A DNA stretch of 64,000 nucleotides from a virus, in the IMG/VR virus record IMGVR_UViG_3300032783_000063, positions 37,306-101,305 of that record; one strand, given 5' to 3'. How positions within the stretch are numbered: the first letter of the stretch is position 1; each line of letters starts with the position of its first letter. A program made the position numbers and the translations under genes. A model generated the notes under the pieces. It worked only from the letters and a program-made list of their open reading frames with translations. It did no database searches and was not told where the DNA came from. Shown here in pieces: positions 1 to 9,297 of the stretch.

Positions 1-306
1 CCGCGCGACCGACTTCTCCGCCCGCGCCCACATCGACTCGAACCGGTAATCATCCAGGAACGAATGCGCCGCCGCGTTCGGCCCGGCATCGGCCAGGGCC
101 GCGCGGTCCGTCCACGCCAGCATTCGCTCCGGCACTGTGTACTCCGCCGCGACGTCTGGAATACCCCACTCATTTGAGCTCGGGAACACGGCCCGCAGGT
201 TCAGGTCGTCAAGGTGGCCAGGCGGCTTGGACAGCCACAGGGCGCTCGTCCGGGTGCCCGCCAGGTCAAACGCGCCTGGCTGCTCCGGAAACAGGACTTC
301 CTGCAA
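1..306 (-). CDS. DUF4417-family protein (partial, runs off window)
   Basis: Manual translation from TTG at 306: ...FPSSNEWGIPDV...AAHSFLDDYRFESMW; HxFxDDYRFE is the DUF4417 signature, often found near phage terminase genes. Not in ORF track because truncated. Confidence 0.7.
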   Translation of the reverse strand, partial: MQEVLFPEQPGAFDLAGTRTSALWLSKPPGHLDDLNLRAVFPSSNEWGIPDVAAEYTVPERMLAWTDRAALADAGPNAAAHSFLDDYRFESMWARAEKSVAR

Positions 307-759
307 GCTCGAATGTCCGATTTGAACCTTCCAGGGGGTTCTGAATGTCCGAAATAGCCCCTGAAAGTTGCCTAGGGAGAGAAAAACCTAAATGCACCTG
401 GGCATCCTCAGTGCGATCATGAAAAAAACGACCGCGTTCATCGCCGGGCTGCTCGCGTTCTCCGGGTGCTGTCCGGCCTGTCCTGTTTGATCGCATCGCG
501 GGCGAAGGGGGGTGGCTTGTCTGAGTCCTCGGCGCGCGCCCTCAGTCGTTCGGTCCGGGGTCTCATCGCAGGCACATGCCGGGAGGTTCCCGAAGGTACT
601 GGAATCAGGGACTCGGTCACCGACTCCCATTCCTTTAAATGGGAACTACTATAGTCATACCATCTTGTTTATCTTGAATGCTTATCGTGTAATGATTGCT
701 GTCACATGCACACATATGTGTGGATGGTCGCATGCGGCAGGCATACGGGCAGGGCATGC

Positions 760-813
760 CACCACCCCCCTGCCATGGGCACCACCCCCCTGCCATGGGC
801 ACCACCCCCCTGC
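760..813. repeat. 20-bp tandem repeat (CACCACCCCCCTGCCATGGG, about 2.7 copies)
   Basis: Read directly from sequence. Confidence 0.95.
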
Positions 814-820
814 TGGCAGG

Positions 821-910
821 CACTCCCTCACCGTGGCCCTCTAATCACCAGGACCGTCCGCTGACACTCCCTCACCGTGGCCCTCTAATCACCAGGACCG
901 TCCACTGACA
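821..910. repeat. 44-bp tandem duplication (CACTCCCTCACCGTGGCCCTCTAATCACCAGGACCGTCCRCTGA x2)
   Basis: Copies at 821-864 and 865-908, one mismatch; second copy overlaps the HNH 3' end. Confidence 0.95.
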
Positions 911-1263
911 GGCTGCGGCTGGTCGCCACGCTTCACTGCGTCAGCATGCTCACGACTACAGGCAAGCTGGCTGGCACGGGTGGCACGGTAGGTCACGTGG
1001 CAGATGGGGCAGACACGCTGGCGTGTTCTCTTGCCCTGCCTGCTGGTGCCGACGACACCGCCGGCTGACTCGTTGCACCGGTCGTGCTCGAGTCCCAGGT
1101 AAGCGCGCGGGCCTGCGCCGTCGCGGTGGCCGAGGTGCAGCTTAGTGGCGTCCCACGTGGGCTGGCCGCAGCGTGCGCATGGCTGGCCCGGGCGCCAGCG
1201 GGCGATGAGCCTGGCGCGCATCTTCTGGTGCGCAGGCCCGTATTTGGAGCCCTTGGGTGCCAT
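889..1263 (-). CDS. HNH endonuclease (packaging-associated type)
   Basis: CARCG...LHLGH...EHDRCN, extra C-terminal CxxC; lies upstream of the putative packaging region. Confidence 0.8.
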   Translation of the reverse strand: MAPKGSKYGPAHQKMRARLIARWRPGQPCARCGQPTWDATKLHLGHRDGAGPRAYLGLEHDRCNESAGGVVGTSRQGKRTRQRVCPICHVTYRATRASQLACSREHADAVKRGDQPQPVSGRSW

Positions 1264-1266
1264 CGT

Positions 1267-1437
1267 TCAGCCGATGTAGGTTCGTTCGCCGTTGAGGACG
1301 CGCACTGCGGTGATGGCGTCCATGATCCTGAGCACAGGCTCGCCCCACCGCTCGCTGAGTACGCCAAGCGGCAGCTGGTGGTCGGCGTCAGGCAGCGACT
1401 GGACTTCTTCCATGAGTCGCTCGAAGGGCATCCGCAT
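1267..1437 (-). CDS. small hypothetical protein (56 aa)
   Basis: Manual translation MRMPFERLMEEVQSLPDADHQLPLG...ERTYIG; fills the gap in the operon. Confidence 0.6.
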   Translation of the reverse strand: MRMPFERLMEEVQSLPDADHQLPLGVLSERWGEPVLRIMDAITAVRVLNGERTYIG

Positions 1438-1447
1438 GGGTCAGCGC

Positions 1448-1789
1448 CTAGTCGGTATGGCGTGTGCGAGGCCGGCGAGGTAGCGGACCGGTCATGGTTT
1501 CCCTGTGCGGGCATGAGGTGTCAGGCCCAATATCACCACACATTTCGGGGTGGTGTCTAACCGTCCGTAAGACGCGTGCGAGCCAGGGTCCGAGGGCGGC
1601 GTGGAGGCGGAGGAGTTCCTGGGCGTTGTAGGTGAGTTCCGGGTGTCCTCGGCGGCCGGTGTAGCGGTAGCCGGTCGGGAGGAGGCCGAGTGCGCGGACG
1701 ATGGCGCGGAGTTGTCTTGTGGTGATGGGCGGGTCGAGGAAGCTGGCGGCTTCGGTGAGGGTGAACCCTACTTCTGCGGGTGCGGACAC
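1448..1789 (-). CDS. DNA-binding HTH protein (MerR/excisionase-like)
   Basis: FTLTEAASFLDPPITTRQLR...GRRGHP..TY pattern. Confidence 0.55.
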   Translation of the reverse strand: MSAPAEVGFTLTEAASFLDPPITTRQLRAIVRALGLLPTGYRYTGRRGHPELTYNAQELLRLHAALGPWLARVLRTVRHHPEMCGDIGPDTSCPHRETMTGPLPRRPRTRHTD

Positions 1790-1798
1790 CGGTCCAGA

Positions 1799-2494
1799 TT
1801 AGCGGTGTGTAATTGTTTTAGCGCTGTGTGGTGACTGTGCGTATTCGGCGGATGTTGGCCGTAGCCGCAGCATGATCTCGGGTGTTGTGTAGATCGCCGC
1901 TGACGGGTAGTGGCGGCTGAGTTTGTCCTCGATCTCGGCTTTAACCAGGTCTGTGTCGGGTGACGGCACGAGCCGCTGGGTGACTGCATGTCCGGTGAGT
2001 GCCTCGAATGTGGCTGCGCCTGCGGGGCCGCGGCGGAACATGTTCGGATGTGGTGTCCAGCGCCGCTGGCCGCCGCCGGCTGGGATGAGGTTTTCGTGGT
2101 CGATGGCGAGGGCTACGATGCGTGCCCGCGCGGAGCGGAAGCCGAGCGGGCCGCCGATGACTTTCCCGTCGCCTTCGATGACGCCGATGATGGCGTTCTC
2201 GGGGTCGTAGATGGGTGCGTGGGCTCGTTGCCAGTATGCCCAGAACCCGCAGCCGCAGCGGTACGTGAACCCGGCGGGCTGGAGGTTCGCGGGACTTTTG
2301 TAATAGTCGAAGTCGACGGGCGGCTGGTGGGTGCGGTCATTGGAGCAGACGGCCTGGTTGTCGCCGTCTTTCCACACGTACCAGTTGGATCCCCGGAGCA
2401 TGCCTTCGCCGGTGAGCGTCCAGGTGCGGACGCCGAACACTGACCCGGCGGTGAATAACCCCGGGCCGTTCTCGTGGAATCCGTCTGCGCTCAT
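1799..2494 (-). CDS. conserved actinophage hypothetical protein
   Basis: GVRTW...CGCGFWAY...GVIEGDGKV...GFRSARARIVAL motif set typical of actinophage proteins. Confidence 0.65.
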   Translation of the reverse strand: MSADGFHENGPGLFTAGSVFGVRTWTLTGEGMLRGSNWYVWKDGDNQAVCSNDRTHQPPVDFDYYKSPANLQPAGFTYRCGCGFWAYWQRAHAPIYDPENAIIGVIEGDGKVIGGPLGFRSARARIVALAIDHENLIPAGGGQRRWTPHPNMFRRGPAGAATFEALTGHAVTQRLVPSPDTDLVKAEIEDKLSRHYPSAAIYTTPEIMLRLRPTSAEYAQSPHSAKTITHR

Positions 2495-2624
2495 GCGGGG
2501 ATGGGTTCCCTGGCGGGTGCAGGCTGCGCCGGTGCTGGCTGCGGTACGGGTGCTGGTTCCTGTGCTGGGTGGTCGGGCCAGCGTTCATATTCGCGGACCC
2601 ATTCAGTTTCGCCGATGTTGCCCA

Positions 2625-3356
2625 TCAGTCCGCCTCGCTGTCGGGTTGCGGTGGCACTGGCGGCACTTGTATCTGCCCGTCTGCCCATACGAGCATCGGC
2701 TCGCCGGATGCCTGCCCTATCTCCATGGTAGCTGTCGGGCGGCGGCCGGAACTGTCGGCGCAGTCCCCGTACCAGCACATGACAACGCCGGTGCGCTGTG
2801 CCACGCGAAGGGAGAATGTGGAGCAGTATGGGCAGCGTGGCGGGAGGCCGTCGGGTCCTGGCAGCAGACGGCGCCATACGGGTGCGGTGTCGATGGCGGG
2901 CAACTGCTGGGCTGCGGTGATCCACCGGGAGACAAGGTGCATGGCAGTGGTCTCGGCGTCGGTGCCGAGCTGGACGCCGAGCATGGCGATCGCGTCGATG
3001 GCTGCGAGGGTGTGGGCGTCGCTGCCGCCGCGGCGCCTGCCTGGCGTGCCGGTCAGGGCGAGCCGCATGGATGCCTCGAGGCGCCGGGATCCTTCATGCA
3101 CGTCGGTGATGACAGCGGCGACACGGGGGTTCCACGGTGGCGCGGAAGTGGCCTGGCCGTGGCCGTGGACGCCTTCCTCGTCGGGCTGGGTGATGAGCGC
3201 TTCGACTTTGGGCATCCAGGCTGCGAGGTCGTTGCAGGCGTCGGCGAGCTCGGATGGCCGTTCAGCCGGCATGGGTGTCTTCGGGTTGCTCGGTGACTTC
3301 GCCTTCTCCCCGCACTGTGACCTGTGGTTTGTCGCCGTGTGTAACAATTTCGTCAC
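2625..3356 (-). CDS. hypothetical protein with C-terminal Zn ribbon, possible late-gene regulator
   Basis: SAPPWN motif, RCPYC...VMCWYGDC; start uncertain. Confidence 0.55.
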   Translation of the reverse strand: MTKLLHTATNHRSQCGEKAKSPSNPKTPMPAERPSELADACNDLAAWMPKVEALITQPDEEGVHGHGQATSAPPWNPRVAAVITDVHEGSRRLEASMRLALTGTPGRRRGGSDAHTLAAIDAIAMLGVQLGTDAETTAMHLVSRWITAAQQLPAIDTAPVWRRLLPGPDGLPPRCPYCSTFSLRVAQRTGVVMCWYGDCADSSGRRPTATMEIGQASGEPMLVWADGQIQVPPVPPQPDSEAD

Positions 3357-3642
3357 GCATTGCGATCCGCGAGCCTATACCTTTCCCGGCGTAAAGTTTT
3401 AGGTTGCGGTCTGGGTTATAAGCAGCGTTGGATTCGTCCGGGACTACAGCGGCCTGAACGACGTGCCATGGGGAACAGTCGCGCATGACCAGAGTGTGTC
3501 CGCCCGCGCCGAAATTGCAGCCGCAGTCGCGGTTAAGGCGGTCACGCTCGGCGGCCAGGCCATACCGATTCTGGTATGACGGTCCGGTGGAGACACTACC
3601 GTCTGGGTGCATGATCCCCCATTCGCGGCGGTCAGTCGGCAT
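3262..3642 (-). CDS. hypothetical protein
   Basis: ORF coupled to neighbours. Confidence 0.4.
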   Translation of the reverse strand: MPTDRREWGIMHPDGSVSTGPSYQNRYGLAAERDRLNRDCGCNFGAGGHTLVMRDCSPWHVVQAAVVPDESNAAYNPDRNLKLYAGKGIGSRIAMRDEIVTHGDKPQVTVRGEGEVTEQPEDTHAG

Positions 3643-3865
3643 GTGACCAGGTGGTGTCGGGCGGGGGCCTGAAGGTAACCATGGGCAGCGGTTTGTCCCG
3701 TTTCAGTGTGCTGGTGTCTTTGCGTTTGATGCGGCCTTCGGCGGCGAGGCGCATGATGACGGCGGTGACGAGCCAGGAGGACATGGGCTCGCCGTCGCGG
3801 GCGTCGTTGACGGCGGCGAGGACTTTCGCGGGCATTCTGGCCTGCACGACGGGTGAATTGGCCAC
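3632..3865 (-). CDS. ribbon-helix-helix-like DNA-binding protein
   Basis: VVQARMPAKVLAAVNDARDGEPMSSWLVTAV; GTG start chosen at 3865. Confidence 0.55.
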   Translation of the reverse strand: MANSPVVQARMPAKVLAAVNDARDGEPMSSWLVTAVIMRLAAEGRIKRKDTSTLKRDKPLPMVTFRPPPDTTWSHAD

Positions 3866-3878
3866 GTTTTCTACTGTA

Positions 3879-4121
3879 TTACAGGTTGCCGGGGTCGGCT
3901 GGGTCGGGGATGCCCTGCTTGAGGACGACGACCGGGATAGTGGTGGTGCCGGTGCTGCTCGTGGCGGTGCTGGCGCCGAGGGCATGCGCCAGGCGGAGTG
4001 AGATGGCGTGCCTCAGCCATCCCGACCGTGTCATGTCGCCGCGGGCGTCGTCGATGGCCTCGAGGGTCTGCGCGCTGACCTTGACAGACAGGGTGGCTCG
4101 TTTGCCGGCGGACCGTGGCAC
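3879..4121 (-). CDS. ribbon-helix-helix (CopG-like) protein
   Basis: TLSVKVSAQTLEAIDDARGDMTRSGWLRHAI; similar to the adjacent gene. Confidence 0.65.
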   Translation of the reverse strand: MPRSAGKRATLSVKVSAQTLEAIDDARGDMTRSGWLRHAISLRLAHALGASTATSSTGTTTIPVVVLKQGIPDPADPGNL

Positions 4122-4254
4122 CTGGCCAGCGTAGCGAAACGTGAGACACGGGACACGGGGTGTCGTTAGGCTCCCGCGTCATCAGGCGCTCGGAGGAACG
4201 CCAGCAGGACCGGCGGTCGTCCGCATGGGCGCGAAGCGCGCGAGAAGGACGTTT

Positions 4255-5061
4255 ATGGGCCGCCATAGGAAACCGTCACGCCTGCTGACAGGTGCGACCG
4301 CTGGTGCCGCTGCTGCCCCCGCGCTGGCCGGGGTGGCGGCGGCTTTCTGTCTTACTCAGCCGCCGCCGCAGGAGCCTGCGGTGCTGCCTGACGTGCAGCA
4401 TGTGGCCATGGCTGCCCTGTCGGCGCCAGCGGGGACGTACACGGTGCAGCCAGGCGACACCCTGTCAGGCATCGCCGGCCGAGTGTGGGACAACCCGGCC
4501 GGATGGACAGAGATTTACGGCCAGAACCGGCAGGTGATCGGCGGCGACCCGAACCTGATCCTGGCGGGTGAGCGGCTGACGGTGGGCGCCGAGTTCCCGA
4601 GCCGGCCAGTGCAGGCTGCGCCGGCGCAGTCCGTGCCGCACCTGCAGGGCACTTACGGGCATCCGTATTACTGCGGTGACGGCGACGGCGACGGCTTCGA
4701 CATGCCGTGCTGGAAACTCCACCATGATGCTCCTGGACGGGCGTCCGCTCCCCCACAGGCGCCCGTCCAGGGATACCGGGCACCCGCGGCACCCGTGCAG
4801 GCCCCCGCCCGCGCGGTGTCATACACAGGCTCCGGCGGGTTCCAGTCATGTGTGATCGCACGCGAGTCGGGCGGGAACAGCCAGGTGATGAACTCGTCGG
4901 GGCATTACGGCCTGTACCAGTTCGCCGCGGGCACATGGGCGGCGGCGGGCGGGAACCCCGGCGACTTCGGGCATGCGTCGGTGGCCGAGCAGAACCAGGT
5001 GTTCGCGTCCGCGTATGCGAAGTGGGGCACACAGCCCTGGGCGGGTTACGACGGCTGCTGA
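4255..5061 (+). CDS. rpf: secreted resuscitation-promoting factor (LysM + Rpf transglycosylase)
   Basis: MGRHRKP signal region, LysM YTVQPGDTLSGIA...NLILAGERL, Rpf domain CVIARESGGN...YGLYQF...TW...ASVAEQ...GTQPW..C with catalytic Glu; RBS GAGAAGGA. Confidence 0.9.
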   Translation: MGRHRKPSRLLTGATAGAAAAPALAGVAAAFCLTQPPPQEPAVLPDVQHVAMAALSAPAGTYTVQPGDTLSGIAGRVWDNPAGWTEIYGQNRQVIGGDPNLILAGERLTVGAEFPSRPVQAAPAQSVPHLQGTYGHPYYCGDGDGDGFDMPCWKLHHDAPGRASAPPQAPVQGYRAPAAPVQAPARAVSYTGSGGFQSCVIARESGGNSQVMNSSGHYGLYQFAAGTWAAAGGNPGDFGHASVAEQNQVFASAYAKWGTQPWAGYDGC

Positions 5062-5071
5062 GGAGGGCTGG

Positions 5072-5203
5072 TTGGACGTTGCTGAGGTTCTCGGACTTTT
5101 GCTGACCGGGCTGGCCGGGGTGGCGTGTGTTGTGCTGCTGCGGGCCGTCCTCCACGTGATCCGGCACTGGAGGACGGCCCGCGACATCATCGACGACAGC
5201 TAG
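5072..5203 (+). CDS. small membrane protein
   Basis: TTG start after GGAGG; one hydrophobic helix. Confidence 0.5.
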   Translation: MDVAEVLGLLLTGLAGVACVVLLRAVLHVIRHWRTARDIIDDS

Positions 5204-5538
5204 CCCGTAGCTAGCACCGGCTTGTCGAACGCCCGCACCTTCCCGTGCCAGGACTCGACCATGTCGAGGATGATCCTGGCCTCGGATACGTCCACCCGCA
5301 GGCTGCGGCGTTCACCGTGGCGGGCGCGGTCCATGACTGCCAGCAGCCTGTCCGTTGCGGCGGTCAGCTGGCTGGCCAGGTCCTCACCGCACGCCGGGTC
5401 GGATGTCGGCCAGTGGTCGCACTCGTCGGCGACGAAGTAGCCTTCCGGAGCGAGACCCGGGCTGGGCTCGAGGTGGACTGGGCGGCCTTCCTGCCAGTCC
5501 CTGAGACAGGCGGGGCACATCAGCTCGGGTTTTGTCAT
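5200..5538 (-). CDS. hypothetical protein
   Basis: MTKPELMCPAC...; start overlaps upstream stop. Confidence 0.5.
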   Translation of the reverse strand: MTKPELMCPACLRDWQEGRPVHLEPSPGLAPEGYFVADECDHWPTSDPACGEDLASQLTAATDRLLAVMDRARHGERRSLRVDVSEARIILDMVESWHGKVRAFDKPVLATG

Positions 5539-5966
5539 TGTGGTCCTTTCCTGTTGCCGCATGTGTAGTGTCCGCGGTTTTGCGAGCAAAGCTCGACGTA
5601 GATGTGCTTGTAGGCGAACAGGGTGTCGGTGGTGGAGAAGTGCGTGCCGGCGGTCCCGCCGTTTTCCGCGGTTCCGACGGTGATGTCCTTGGGGTTGCTG
5701 ACCGTGTCGTAGTGGAGGTGGAGTTTCGCCCATCCTGTGCGGCAGGTGGATTTGAGGGTTCCGTCGACGTCGAGGTAGTGATCGCCGAGGGGGTGCGTGC
5801 CCCAGCCGATGGTGCCTTTCCATGTGGCGCAGCTGATGGCGGAACTGTAGTGCGCTGCGTACGCTACTGCCGGCCTGGGTGGTGGCTGCGTGGATGCGCG
5901 GGCTGCTGCGGGTGCGGCCAGCAGGCTGAGTGTTCCTGCGGTGGCCAGGATGGTGCGTGTCCTCAA
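5535..5966 (-). CDS. secreted protein
   Basis: Sec signal peptide (RTRTILATAGTLSLLAAPAAARAS), four Cys. Confidence 0.65.
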   Translation of the reverse strand: MRTRTILATAGTLSLLAAPAAARASTQPPPRPAVAYAAHYSSAISCATWKGTIGWGTHPLGDHYLDVDGTLKSTCRTGWAKLHLHYDTVSNPKDITVGTAENGGTAGTHFSTTDTLFAYKHIYVELCSQNRGHYTCGNRKGPQ

Positions 5967-6228
5967 GTGTCGCCCTTTCGCTGGACGGACACCAGCCATG
6001 CGGACGGGAAGATGACAGAAACAGGTAGGATCATCGCATCTGCACCGGGTTCGCGTGGTCGGTGTGGGTCACGGCCTGGGACGCTCGAACGTCGCCAGGC
6101 CACTTACGTTGAGTATACCAGCCATCACCGCAGGTTAAACGGCTGTGCTGTCATACACAGTGGCGGTGGTGGCGCGGTGGCGGCCGACCGAAGCCGCCCC
6201 GCGCCAGACAAGCCTACGCTGGCCACAG

Positions 6229-6444
6229 TCACCCAGGCGGCGGCGCGTACGGGTCGACGGTCTGCTGCGGCAGCGCCGGCGCCCCCGAGAACGACGGCGC
6301 CGGGCCGTTGTACCCGCCCCCGCCGTCGGGTACATCCGGGGAGTCCTCGTGCACACGGCTGCACGAGCGCGCCGACGACACCGGGACGCCGACGAACACG
6401 ATCGCAGCCGCCAGGACTGACGCTAACCGCCGCCACTTCACCAT
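6229..6444 (-). CDS. small secreted/lipoprotein peptide
   Basis: Basic + hydrophobic N-terminus then Cys; paralogous to 6476-6613. Confidence 0.5.
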   Translation of the reverse strand: MVKWRRLASVLAAAIVFVGVPVSSARSCSRVHEDSPDVPDGGGGYNGPAPSFSGAPALPQQTVDPYAPPPG

Positions 6445-6475
6445 TCCACCACCTATCTACCCGGATTGATCAAGG

Positions 6476-6613
6476 TTAGCCGTTGACGTCGCCGCCGCCA
6501 GTTTCGCCGGACGACGGGTGCTTGTGCGCCGGCCAGCAGCCGCTGACCGCCACCGGGACGCCGGCGAACATAATCGCAGCCAGCAGGATCGCAGCCGCCC
6601 GCCGTTTCTTCAT
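6476..6613 (-). CDS. small lipoprotein peptide (45 aa)
   Basis: MKKRRAAAILLAAIMFAGVPVAVSGC, lipobox-like. Confidence 0.5.
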   Translation of the reverse strand: MKKRRAAAILLAAIMFAGVPVAVSGCWPAHKHPSSGETGGGDVNG

Positions 6614-6851
6614 TCCACCGCCTACGGGATGATCGGGCCGGTTGTCATGGGCGTCGGCGCTGTCGGGTCGCCGTTCCGGCACACCGTGTCGCATCCCTTG
6701 CTAAGGGTTCGCAGGCCGGGCCCCCACGGGCTCCCGTATCTCCTGCGCTTCGATGACCGTTTGCGCCACGGCCTAAGGTCAAGGATAGTAAGGAACACTA
6801 TCACGCTCGACCACGCGAAGGCCCCGTGCTTATACTTGCCATGTCACACAC

Positions 6852-8102
6852 TCAAGCAGCACCATAGGTAATGAATCCACCTGGTGATGGTTTATGTGAA
6901 TCACACCATTTCCCGCCTGCGTATAGTCGTGGCGGCTGAGTGCAGTCAGGCACTATGCAACCTGTCACCTGCAGCACTGGCTCGGCGTTCTCCTGCCGCA
7001 TGTTCTCGACCAGATTGAGATCGCAGATCCAGCAAAGCTGTCCAGGACCTGGACTGCGGTTACCGCGTCCCGTTTTGTGGTCGTGCGGGTTAGCCGTACG
7101 CCAGCGATCTAGTTCCGCCAGCGCCACGGGATCGGGTTCCCCAGGGCGCATGTCACACAGGCATGGGATGTGACCATGATAGCGACATCGGCCAGACTTA
7201 TACCGTTGGGTTCGTTTCGTCTGAAACGCGCTACCAGGCATCCATGTGCCTTGACCATCAGTCAGATGCTGGTAACGCTCAAAGCAAGACGAATGAACTA
7301 GGTAAGCGTGGCCGTCCCAACTGCGCAGCGGAACGATCTCGCCGGCTGGCACGCCGACGACGACATCATCGACAGACAATCCCAGGGCGGGCGTGAGGAC
7401 TGGATGCTCGCGACCGCAGGGACGTCGACTGCCGTCTGGGCAGCGGGGCAGCAAGTTGTCGAAGGTCGCGCACTTGCGGGCTTCGACAACTCTGAGGCCG
7501 GTCGCTGTGACCGCGCGGCGTGGCGGTACACCTTCGCTGAAGATCCTCGGATTGTTGCAGCCCAAAGCTGGTACGGAGTCAAGCATCCGAGGCCGTGGGC
7601 CCCAGTCGTTGAACCACGCTGGAAGATACCCGGCAGCGTAGTACGTTTTAGTTCGATTGTTGATCTTTCTGGAATGTTGCTCGTATCGCTGGATTTCGAT
7701 GTCCGTTGGCACGACGCATCCTGTGATCGCCACATCGAGAACGCCTCCGTCGACCACAACCTCCTGGCCAACGGTCATCCCGGCGTCTTGCGGCGGCCGA
7801 GCACAGTAGTCCTGCTCATTCTGATGTTCAGCGCTCTTCCTGCTGATCTCATGATCATCGTCGTGCCGGTCGTGGCCTTCCCCCGCGAAGTGCCGCGCAA
7901 AGTATTTCTCCGGTGCGCTGGATGTGGCTTGCCGTCGAACGACGTGCATCGCCCCGTCCCCACCATGCTCTAAGCAGAGCAGAACTCGATCATCGCGCTT
8001 GATCTCGTTGTGCAGACTGGTGATAACCCGGTAATCCGCGCCGGACAGCTTGCCGAGATCCAGGTCGCGATGTTCAGGGACATAATGTACACGGCCGGTC
8101 AT
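6852..8102 (-). CDS. CoiA-like PD-(D/E)XK nuclease-domain protein
   Basis: N-terminal C/H Zn site (LLCLEH...FARHF...SAEH), E-V...D...DIEIQR nuclease motif; lower GC than flanks. Confidence 0.65.
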   Translation of the reverse strand: MTGRVHYVPEHRDLDLGKLSGADYRVITSLHNEIKRDDRVLLCLEHGGDGAMHVVRRQATSSAPEKYFARHFAGEGHDRHDDDHEISRKSAEHQNEQDYCARPPQDAGMTVGQEVVVDGGVLDVAITGCVVPTDIEIQRYEQHSRKINNRTKTYYAAGYLPAWFNDWGPRPRMLDSVPALGCNNPRIFSEGVPPRRAVTATGLRVVEARKCATFDNLLPRCPDGSRRPCGREHPVLTPALGLSVDDVVVGVPAGEIVPLRSWDGHAYLVHSSCFERYQHLTDGQGTWMPGSAFQTKRTQRYKSGRCRYHGHIPCLCDMRPGEPDPVALAELDRWRTANPHDHKTGRGNRSPGPGQLCWICDLNLVENMRQENAEPVLQVTGCIVPDCTQPPRLYAGGKWCDSHKPSPGGFITYGAA

Positions 8103-8358
8103 TGGACACCTTCACGAAGTCATGGATATGCATGACCTCAGGGTATACGGACCCTCGGACACTCTGATGTCACGGACGCGCGGCCCTTGACACGCAGTCC
8201 AGGGACAACGGGACATCGCGCCTGCCGTGGCCGTCGCTGGCGGAGGATGAGCTGGCGCGGTTCGCGGCGAAGCGGCTGTCCGAGGAGATGGCTGAACGGC
8301 AGCGGCAGGGCCAGGCCGCCAGGGCCAGGGCTGTGGCCGGGGACTCTGGTGATGCGGC

Positions 8359-8706
8359 GTGAGAACCGACCTGCGTATCGCCTGCGACCGTTGCGGCATC
8401 GACGCCCCGGACATGCCCGACGTTCTGCGCTGGCTGATCAGCGATGAGGCCGGTGGCGGTGTCCCCGCTGTCTGCCCGGCTTGCCAGACCCTGGCTGAGA
8501 GGGGTCTTGTCGCAGCGGCTCACGAGGGGCTCCGGTGGATTCATGACAACGCTGGTGTAGGCGGTCCGGGGACGATGTTCCTGGATTACGTGTCCTGTGT
8601 CGGTGACCAGCTGGTTCGCCGTCGTCATCGCCGGGGTGACCATTCCCGGTGTTACGCGGACGACGGCTGCCGTTCTGCGGGGGCGCGTGTGTTACCGCCG
8701 GGGTGA
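8359..8706 (+). CDS. hypothetical protein with two CxxC motifs
   Basis: CDRC...CPAC; C-terminus doubtful. Confidence 0.4.
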   Translation: MRTDLRIACDRCGIDAPDMPDVLRWLISDEAGGGVPAVCPACQTLAERGLVAAAHEGLRWIHDNAGVGGPGTMFLDYVSCVGDQLVRRRHRRGDHSRCYADDGCRSAGARVLPPG

Positions 8707-8912
8707 CCCCGGATATGCGGAACGGCCGGGGTTACCACGCCCGGCCGCCCGCCAAACCAGCCCGGCTCCCTCAACAGAGCCGTCCAACAGCACCGGATCC
8801 CCACCGTCAAGAGAGGCCCAGATATGGAAAGAGTACCGGAAGAGGCCGACAGAACCACTGCTCCCCGGCCGGCTGCGTCCCGGCTGCATCGCATCAGCAA
8901 AGGCCGGTGGGG

Positions 8913-9297
8913 GTCGCACCTCTCGCACCCGCTCCGCGCTGGCTCGGGTCAGAGGAGGCGTCGCACCTCTCCCGCCCGCGCCGCAGGGCCCTGGCCTCGG
9001 GCGCTGTGCTCGGCGCGGGGGGCGCGGGAGGACCCGGACCGACCACAATGTCCGCCGATGAGTCGCACCTCACGCGGCACCAACTGCCCGGCCCCAGTGC
9101 AAACCAGTGTCACACCTCCCCGACCGCGAGGCCCGGCAGAGGGCCTACAGCAGCACGCATGGCCACCGCCACCCGGACCACACAGCGCTGCTGGCGCCAG
9201 CTCGAACAGGCCGGCTGGCTGTCACCGGCCCTCCGGCTCCATCCCGCCCTGAGACTTCGCGGCCGCTGAGGAGCCTCATGCCCTCATGTCGCCCCTC
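8913..9297 (-). repeat. cluster of short repeats GAGGTGCGAC (minus strand) downstream of tnpB
   Basis: Plus-strand GTCGCACCTC exact at 8913, 8960, 9062; one mismatch at 9109 and 9288. Confidence 0.75.

Noticed and set aside
760-910. CRISPR array
   Set aside because: Repeats are head-to-tail with no spacers.
4122-4254. c-di-AMP (ydaO) riboswitch upstream of rpf
   Set aside because: Expected for many actinobacterial rpf genes, but the conserved motifs are not recognisable and the gap is short.
8913-9297. Canonical CRISPR array (start resembles type I-C repeats)
   Set aside because: Only 10-14 bp are conserved, spacing is irregular and there are no cas1/cas2; kept as a finding, not called CRISPR.
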